Below are positions 57,834-64,000 of a DNA stretch of 64,000 nucleotides, piece by piece. The notes under the pieces are model-generated. The model was not told the origin of the DNA, made no database searches, and worked only from the letters and a program-made list of their open reading frames with translations. The DNA comes from Myxococcota bacterium (GTDB taxonomy: Bacteria; Myxococcota_A; UBA9160; SZUA-336). The stretch is from positions 1,216,001 through 1,280,000 of the forward strand of contig CBDFGR010000002.1 in the NCBI GenBank assembly GCA_965247115.1, given 5' to 3'. Position 1 is the stretch's first letter; the number at the start of each line of letters is the position of its first letter. The translations under genes and the position numbers were made by a program.

Positions 57834-58341
57834 CTCCGGAGCGAGGGCATCTCGTCCGGCCCTGGATCGGCTTCTCTACGGCGCTCGACGAAGGCAGTTC
57901 GACGCCGTGGTAGTCTGGAAGCTCGACCGGCTGGGACGCTCGCTCCGTCATCTGCTCGAACTGGTGGACGAGCTAAAGGCGATCGGGGTCGGGCTCGCCT
58001 CTCTCAGGGACCCCGGATTCGACACGACCACCCCCCAGGGGGAGCTCGTATTTCACGTGCTCGCGGCCGTAGGACAGTTCGAGCGGGAACTCATCAGAGA
58101 GCGCATCCGAGCGGGGCTTGCCCGAGCCAAGCGGTGCCCCAAGAAGGGTAAGAAGCGGCCCGGTCGCCCCAGGAGGGTCCGGCTCGATCTCGATGCCGCC
58201 CAGCGACTGATCGCCCAGGGGAGACCCCTGGCGGCGGTAGCCCGGCAGCTGCGGGTGTCGCGGGGGGCTCTCCGCTACCGGCTTGAAGTCGACGTCCGTC
58301 GCTCCAACCGAGATCTGAATAGATCTACGATCAGCGGCTGA
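57828..58341 (+). pseudogene. 5'-truncated serine recombinase (resolvase/invertase)
   Basis: GISG..RPAL..VWKLDRLGRS..FERELIRER..GRP plus HTH; N-terminal YxRVS catalytic motif missing. Confidence 0.8.
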
Positions 58342-58580
58342 TGTCGACTCGTGACAGATTCGTCTGGAGCCCTGAGACCGGGATGCCAAAGGTTACGGGG
58401 CTGTTCAGCCGCATCTCCGACCTCCCCGAGTCCGTGCAGCAGCGCCTGACGGAAGCGCAGCAGCGCAGGTGGATGGAGGTGTTCAACTCGACCTTCGCGC
58501 AGATGTTCGCGGACGACGAGGGCGACCTCGAGGAGAGGAAGGCCGCCGCGTTCCGAGCGGCTGACAAGTCAGTCAGATAG
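58341..58580 (+). CDS. ChaB-family-like protein
   Basis: FSRISDLPESVQQRL..QQRRWMEVFNS..AFRAA..SVR. Confidence 0.6.
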   Translation: MSTRDRFVWSPETGMPKVTGLFSRISDLPESVQQRLTEAQQRRWMEVFNSTFAQMFADDEGDLEERKAAAFRAADKSVR

Positions 58581-58716
58581 AAGGAGAGCGGTTGCCGGGG
58601 TCTTTGGCGCGGCTGGCTGATACCTCCCGCCCACCCGGCGTTCCAAGCACCCGCCGCGGCGCTGGACAGCACCGGCAGAAAACCGGCAGGCGAAACCATC
58701 AGGTTTCGGCCAGCTC

Positions 58717-59186
58717 CTAGCTGGGATGAGCCGGATCGAGCGAGTCAGAGCCCGACAGCCTCAACTCCCTCCGCACTCGATCCGCGTGCCCGGTTGCACC
58801 CATCTCGCTGTAGAGCGCGTGGGCTTCGCGGAGCTGGCGCTCACGGCCGGCCTCGTGGTCGATGGCGCGACCTTACCTGCTGCTTCTGGGGGACGCGGGG
58901 ACGATCAGACAGTCGTCAGACGGAGCTCGTCGAGGCGCCTCTGCCGAGAGAGCGCTCCGGTGCTTGCGATGAGGCTCGCGATGAGGTCGAGGTCGGCCTC
59001 CAGGCGGTACGCGCGGTCCGTCTGGACCCGTGCCCGCACCAACGCCAACCTCGCATCGATCTCCTGGGTCAGCGCCTCCCTGCCCGGCGCCGTCGCCACA
59101 TCGAGCGCCCGCTCCGCCGACTCGAGCGCCCGCTCCAGCTCGCCGCACCCTAGCAGCGCCTCCGCGAGGCAGGCCCTCCTGAGCAT
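58717..59186 (-). pseudogene. C-terminal remnants of a cyclase/AAA-TPR type gene
   Basis: LAEALLGCGELERALESAERAL.. (58905-59186) and RERQLREAHALYSEMGATGHADRVRREL (58717 to about 58870). Confidence 0.55.
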
Positions 59187-59707
59187 CGGGTGGCGTACTC
59201 CTTCCTGCCCGGCCTTCGGCCGAGCTCCAGTTGTTTGGTTTCAACTGGAAGGATACGCCGCCTTCTTCATTCCCTCGATCCACAACTTCTGGTCATAACC
59301 CAGGTCGAACCGAAAGGCAGTCCTCGATGCAGCGCTTGGGGGTGGGGTAACGACGCGGTCGCTGAAGGGCGTTTGCATCGGCAAGTGGGCATGGCTCTAG
59401 ACGCCTCGGAGCCGAACGAGTGATATAGATCTACTCCGCAGCAAGCTTGACCTGGGCGCGGTCTTTATCCCCTTCATTCTCTGCCCTGAGTCGCTTTCGC
59501 CGCCTGAGCCTGTTTATTCTCTTTCACCCCCGAAAGCGACCACGAAAGAGCGAACCTGGTCACGACCATTGCCTATCCCCGGCCTGGATCATTTCCGGTG
59601 GGCTCGGGCCCGACCGACGATTGTAATCCCCTGCTGGGCCCGGCATGCTTGACCCGAGCCCCCCCGAGAAGCGTAGGCGAGTTTCTTAACCTCAGGAGAC
59701 GTTGAGC

Positions 59708-60619
59708 GTGCCGCTGCCACCGAACCGCGTCGACTATAGCCCCATCATCGACCGGCCCCGCATCGAGTGGCCAGACGGCGCCAGAGTTGCGTTCTGGGTC
59801 GCACCCAACATCGAGCACTACGAGTACGTGCCAGAGTTCGACGGGCGCCGAAATCCCTGGCCGCGCACCCCTTACCCGGACGTCCAGCAGTACGGCTACC
59901 GGGATTACGGCAACCGAGTGGGATTTTGGCGCATGCTCGAGGTACTCGATGGGCACCACATCAAGTGCTGTGTCTCGCTGAATCTAGCGGTTCTGGAGCA
60001 CTTCCCGGAAATCGCGGAGGCCATGATCAGCCGGGACTGGGATTACATGAGTCACGGCATCTACAACACCCGATACCTGGAAACCCTGAGCGAAGACCAA
60101 GAGCGCGAGTTCTATCGAGACTGCATCGAGACGCTGAAACGCCACACCGGCAAGATACTGAAGGGCATGCTCGGACCCGCAATATCGGGCAACATAAGAA
60201 CTCCGGACCTCATGGCCGAGGCAGGCCTCACCTACCACACCGATTGGGTGCACGACGACCAGCCCGTGCCCATTCACGTAGCCTCGGGCAAGCTGATATC
60301 CGTTCCGTACTCCTTCGAGCTCAATGACGCGCTGGTGTTCACTCGCCATTTCGAAGGAGAGTACTTCGTCGAGATCTGCAAGGCGCAGTTCGACCAGCTC
60401 TACGCAGAAGGCGAAGTGAGCGGGCGCGTCATGTGCATTGCCCTGCATCCCTTCCTGTTCGGGCAGCCGCACCGGCTCCGCTATCTGGACGAGATTCTGG
60501 GCTATGTCCGATCCCACGACGCGGTATGGCACACCACCGCCGATGAGATCGCCGATTACTACCTTGCTCACTGCTACGGCGAAGCCGTGACGCACGCCCA
60601 ACAGTTCACACAGAGGTAG
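59708..60619 (+). CDS. Polysaccharide deacetylase / PuuE allantoinase-like protein
   Basis: WPDGARVA, RDYGNRVGFWR, DDQP, PYSFELND, IALHPF.GQPHR. Confidence 0.88.
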   Translation: MPLPPNRVDYSPIIDRPRIEWPDGARVAFWVAPNIEHYEYVPEFDGRRNPWPRTPYPDVQQYGYRDYGNRVGFWRMLEVLDGHHIKCCVSLNLAVLEHFPEIAEAMISRDWDYMSHGIYNTRYLETLSEDQEREFYRDCIETLKRHTGKILKGMLGPAISGNIRTPDLMAEAGLTYHTDWVHDDQPVPIHVASGKLISVPYSFELNDALVFTRHFEGEYFVEICKAQFDQLYAEGEVSGRVMCIALHPFLFGQPHRLRYLDEILGYVRSHDAVWHTTADEIADYYLAHCYGEAVTHAQQFTQR

Positions 60620-60624
60620 TCAAC

Positions 60625-61542
60625 ATGCCCGCAGAGCGCCGACCCGGCATGGACCACGAGCACTATCTCTGGTCACCCATTCACACCCGCGGGACGCTTC
60701 GATGGCCAGGGGAGGCCCCACTGGCGTTCGCGATCATCGTCAGCCTAGAGCACATGGAATGGGAGCCCCCCGAAGGCGCGTATCAATCACCAGTGCTGGC
60801 GGGCGGGATCGGTCGGCGCCCTCCACCAGACTACGCTCGACTTACCCTGCGTGAGTACGGGCATCGGGTTGGCATCTTCCGGGTGCTCGACGTGCTGGAG
60901 AAGCACGGCATACCGGCCACCATTGCCATGGACGCTTTGACCGCGGAGCACTACCCCTACCTGGTTCGCCACTGCCAGTCGCGGGGCTGCGAATTCGTGA
61001 GTCATGGCATCTCGGTGAGCCGGATGATTACCAGCCGCATGAGCGAGGATGAGGAGCGCGAGTACATCCGCGCTTCCCTCGATGTCCTGACTCAAGCCAC
61101 CGGCACCGCACCAGCCGGTTGGCTGGGGCCGGAGTACGGGGAGTCGACTCGCACTCCCCAGCTGTTGGCCGATGCCGGGATTCGGTACGTGTGTGACTGG
61201 GTCAACGATGAGCAGCCCTATCCGATGACCACATCCAGCGGCGAGCTCTACGCGCTGCCGCTCGCGTTGGAGATCGACGACGTGCATGCCTTGCACGACC
61301 GTAGAGTGCCGCCATCGCGTTACGCGCGCTTATTGCTCGAGAGCGCGGAAGTGCTGCGTCAAGACGGGGCCCAAAACGGCCGCGTCATGGTGCTCCACCT
61401 GCACCCGTGGCTCAGCGGCCAACCATTTCGAATCGGCGCCCTCGACCGCGCACTCGGCGATCTGATGGAACCAGGCGAAGTGTGGGCCGCCACCGGTAGC
61501 GACATCATCAACTGGTACCGAGACCATCCGCCTAGCGACTGA
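60625..61542 (+). CDS. Second PuuE-like polysaccharide deacetylase
   Basis: REYGHRVGIFR, GWLGP, DWVNDEQP, LHPWLSGQPFR. Confidence 0.88.
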   Translation: MPAERRPGMDHEHYLWSPIHTRGTLRWPGEAPLAFAIIVSLEHMEWEPPEGAYQSPVLAGGIGRRPPPDYARLTLREYGHRVGIFRVLDVLEKHGIPATIAMDALTAEHYPYLVRHCQSRGCEFVSHGISVSRMITSRMSEDEEREYIRASLDVLTQATGTAPAGWLGPEYGESTRTPQLLADAGIRYVCDWVNDEQPYPMTTSSGELYALPLALEIDDVHALHDRRVPPSRYARLLLESAEVLRQDGAQNGRVMVLHLHPWLSGQPFRIGALDRALGDLMEPGEVWAATGSDIINWYRDHPPSD

Positions 61543-61755
61543 GCAACCACCCAAGCTGTGGGCCCCGGACCGCTTCAAACGGACCCAGGCGCTCCGGCGA
61601 GAAGTGGACAATCAGTTCAGCTTCGGCCGGGCGTAGCCATCCTGCGCAAGCGGCATCTCGCACGCCGGGCGGAAGCTGCTTGCGCCGCACTTAAGCCAGG
61701 CCGTAAGATCGTTCTCCACAAATTGGCGAAGAGTGGGGAAAGGGGAGGGCTACCG

Positions 61756-62811
61756 ATGTCCAGCGAGCTACTCGGCCTACAAGGGTCGGTCACGGCAGAT
61801 GAAGAGATCCCGATCCTCGATGTTGGGCCTTTTCTCAGGAGGGAACACGGGGCCCTGCCCCGACTCGCCAAGGAAGTGCTATACGCCCTCGAGAGCATCG
61901 GGTTCTTCTTCATCAGGAACCACGGAGTGTCCCAGGATCTGATCGATCGTGTGTTCGCGGAGAGCACGCGCTTTCACGAGCTTCCGCTCGAGCGGAAGAT
62001 GGCGCTCGTAGTCAACGAGAGCCTCAGCGGGTATCTGCCGTCCGGGAACCAGCAAATCAAGAGCTTCGAGGGCATGCAGGACAACAAGCCGGACCTGGTC
62101 GAGGCTTTCTTCATGGCACGCGAGTCCGGAACGAATTCGGATGGCCCGGAGGGGCTGTTCAGCCCGCGCGGCAACCAGTGGCCGGAAGGCCTGCCCGGCT
62201 TCCGCGAGACGCTGATCGAGTACTCCGATACCCTCGAGGCTCTCTGCGAACGTCTGTTGCCGGTCTACGCGAGCGCCCTCGATCTTTCGACGGACTTCTT
62301 CGACGAGGCCTTTCTCGACGGTAAAGCTCGCTGCGCCCAGCGCCTGTCCCGCTATCCGTCGATCGAGCTCGAAGAAAACCAATACAATACGGCGCCGCAC
62401 TGTGACGGCTCCTTCATCACTCTCCTGGCGCAGTCGAAGGTTCCGGGCCTACAGATACGCAGCCAGTCGGGGAAGTGGTTCAAGGCTCCCGCTCTGGATG
62501 GCTGCTTTCTGGTCAATTCCGGTGAACTGTTGAGAATGTGGAGCAACGACCGCTTCCTCTCGACGACACACCGCGTAATCAACGCCTCGGGCGGGGACCG
62601 CTATGCGATTCCGTTCTTCTACTTTCCGAACCCGGATACGCTGATTGAGTGCATGGAGACCTGTAAGGGTCCCGACAACCCGCCCCGCTATGAGCCGATC
62701 ACCGTGGGTGAGTACTCGGAGTGGTTCGCGAGCAAGAACCTTCGCCACTACGGACCCCGAGGCCACCCCTCTCGAGGAGTATCTGGGCCAAGTCGGTTGC
62801 ACCGGCCTTAG
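61756..62811 (+). CDS. 2OG-Fe(II) oxygenase (isopenicillin N synthase-like)
   Basis: GFFFIRNHGV, HCD, GLQI, VNSGE..WSNDRF.ST.HRV, RYAIPFF. Confidence 0.88.
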   Translation: MSSELLGLQGSVTADEEIPILDVGPFLRREHGALPRLAKEVLYALESIGFFFIRNHGVSQDLIDRVFAESTRFHELPLERKMALVVNESLSGYLPSGNQQIKSFEGMQDNKPDLVEAFFMARESGTNSDGPEGLFSPRGNQWPEGLPGFRETLIEYSDTLEALCERLLPVYASALDLSTDFFDEAFLDGKARCAQRLSRYPSIELEENQYNTAPHCDGSFITLLAQSKVPGLQIRSQSGKWFKAPALDGCFLVNSGELLRMWSNDRFLSTTHRVINASGGDRYAIPFFYFPNPDTLIECMETCKGPDNPPRYEPITVGEYSEWFASKNLRHYGPRGHPSRGVSGPSRLHRP

Positions 62812-62980
62812 CTTGATGGCAGAGCGAGGCGATGTTGAGGTCGTCGACAGGATTCAGAAGTTCATGATCGGTTGCAACTGGAAGCTGGCAGTCGACAAGC
62901 TCTTTGACTGGTACCACCCACAGGTCACCCATGCGTCGGCCTTCTTTCCGAACGGGTCCGCCCGTGGCTCGATCCCATGA
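62767..62980 (+). pseudogene. Internal fragment of a Rieske ring-hydroxylating dioxygenase alpha subunit
   Basis: LEEYLG..CNWKLAVD..DWYHPQVTHAS. Confidence 0.65.
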
Positions 62981-63422
62981 CCGGGTACTGCTCCGCGGCG
63001 TAGCCGTGTGCCTTCTCGACTGCGTCGACCCAGTATTGGTCGTGCTTATCCTTCCCGTCGCGCTCGGCCCGCAGGTATTGGATCGCGTGCTCGATCTCCC
63101 AGCCCTCCAGCTTGGGGGCCGCGCCGGACCGCCAGTAGGGTCGCGATGGACATGTCGATGCCGCTGCCGCTGTCATCCTCAAGTCCCTCAGTGTCCCCTT
63201 CTACTCGGGTGGAGAGCCTCAGATCGCGCTTGAGAGCCTCCGCGGCGCGAGGCAGCCACGGCTGCCGCGCCGTTCACGATCCAGGCGGCGAGCTGCGCGA
63301 GCACGAGATTCGTGGCGCGGACGTTCACATGCTTCGTTCCGTCTTCGAAACGCTCGGTTCGGATGATTTGGGACGCTGGCGCGACCCAGAGGAAGGCTGA
63401 CCGACCCGTACCCTCGTCATAC

Positions 63423-63869
63423 GTGAGGTTGCCAGGGATCGCCTTCGCCCTGGTGATGTTGGCCGCGGCGTGCGGAGACAGCGACAACGACGAGGCCGCC
63501 CAGCCCGGGACGACGGCTGTGGCTGCGCCGACAACAGCGGCGCCGGCCACCACCTCAGCTACGCCCGCGACTACCGCAGCCGCCCCGGCAACGACTACGG
63601 CACCAGCCGAGCTCACCATGACCGTTGCCGAGTTCGCCGATGGCGCGGCGATACCAGTGGCGAATCCTTGTGGCGGTGAGGATTTGATCCCGACGATCAA
63701 CTGGACAGGCGTGCCCGATGGGACAGTCAGCCTGGTGCTCATCGTCGACGATCCGGACGCCCCGCAGGACCCCATCTTCGTGGTGGCTTCCACCAAAGGG
63801 CGACATCGTCGGCGCGATCGCCAACTCGATCCTCGCCGAGGCGACCTACACCGGCACTACGACCGGTAG
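63423..63869 (+). pseudogene. Truncated YbhB/YbcL (PEBP) lipoprotein
   Basis: LAAACG lipobox, Thr/Ala-rich linker, WTGVPDGT.SLVLIVDDPDAP, then loses the expected HW motif. Confidence 0.6.
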
Positions 63870-63880
63870 AACACGCAGCG

Positions 63881-64000
63881 TCAGGGGAGGGGGATGTTGT
63901 ACAGCTCGACGGCGTTGTCCTGCAGGATCTGCTTCAAAACCGCGGGTTCGAGCCCGGAGAGGGTCTCCCGCACCCGGTCAAGCGGCTTCGGGTAGAGGCA
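63881..64000 (-). CDS. C-terminus of an amidohydrolase_2-family protein (partial)
   Basis: CLYP..KQILQDNAVELYNIPLP-stop. Confidence 0.55.
   Translation of the reverse strand, partial: CLYPKPLDRVRETLSGLEPAVLKQILQDNAVELYNIPLP

Larger units (their letters stand above)
55276..58710. mobile_element. Decayed prophage/integrative element (boundaries approximate)
   Basis: Integrase, Xis-like HTH, RusA-like gene, small ORFs, truncated serine recombinase, ChaB-like gene. Confidence 0.65.

Noticed and set aside
59460..59560. Glycine riboswitch (two CTCAGG on the minus strand)
   Set aside because: The GGAGA/CCGAAG core elements are missing and there is no suitable downstream gene.

Overview
High-GC Gram-negative bacterial DNA; the gene repertoire suggests a Myxococcota/deltaproteobacterial lineage (inference). 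The core backbone carries an exported cyclohexadienyl-dehydratase-like/chorismate-mutase fusion, a NUDIX hydrolase, amtB, a Cus-type RND efflux operon, tRNA-Pro/rdgB/rph/amidase, malic enzyme, a Lol/FtsX-like ABC export cluster, ileS (type 2), gatB, leuS, a deoxyhypusine-synthase-like gene, a sulfurtransferase, a rhomboid protease, a TonB receptor and rimO. There are two accessory zones. Zone 1 (about 10.8-25.0 kb) is a tandem island array downstream of tRNA-Pro(TGG). It has two extra 49-bp tRNA 3' fragments, each inside an identical 323-bp repeat, two decayed paralogous integrases, an IS256 splitting an adenylate-cyclase/TPR gene, and a metal-uptake operon with no ATPase gene headed by a CxxC/RAPP leader ORF. 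Zone 2 (about 55-64 kb) is a collapsed prophage-like element whose intact tyrosine integrase abuts a truncated response-regulator gene, followed by PuuE-like deacetylases, a 2OG-Fe(II) oxygenase and many gene fragments. No CRISPR array or rRNA was seen. All calls come from reading motifs by eye; no database searches were run.
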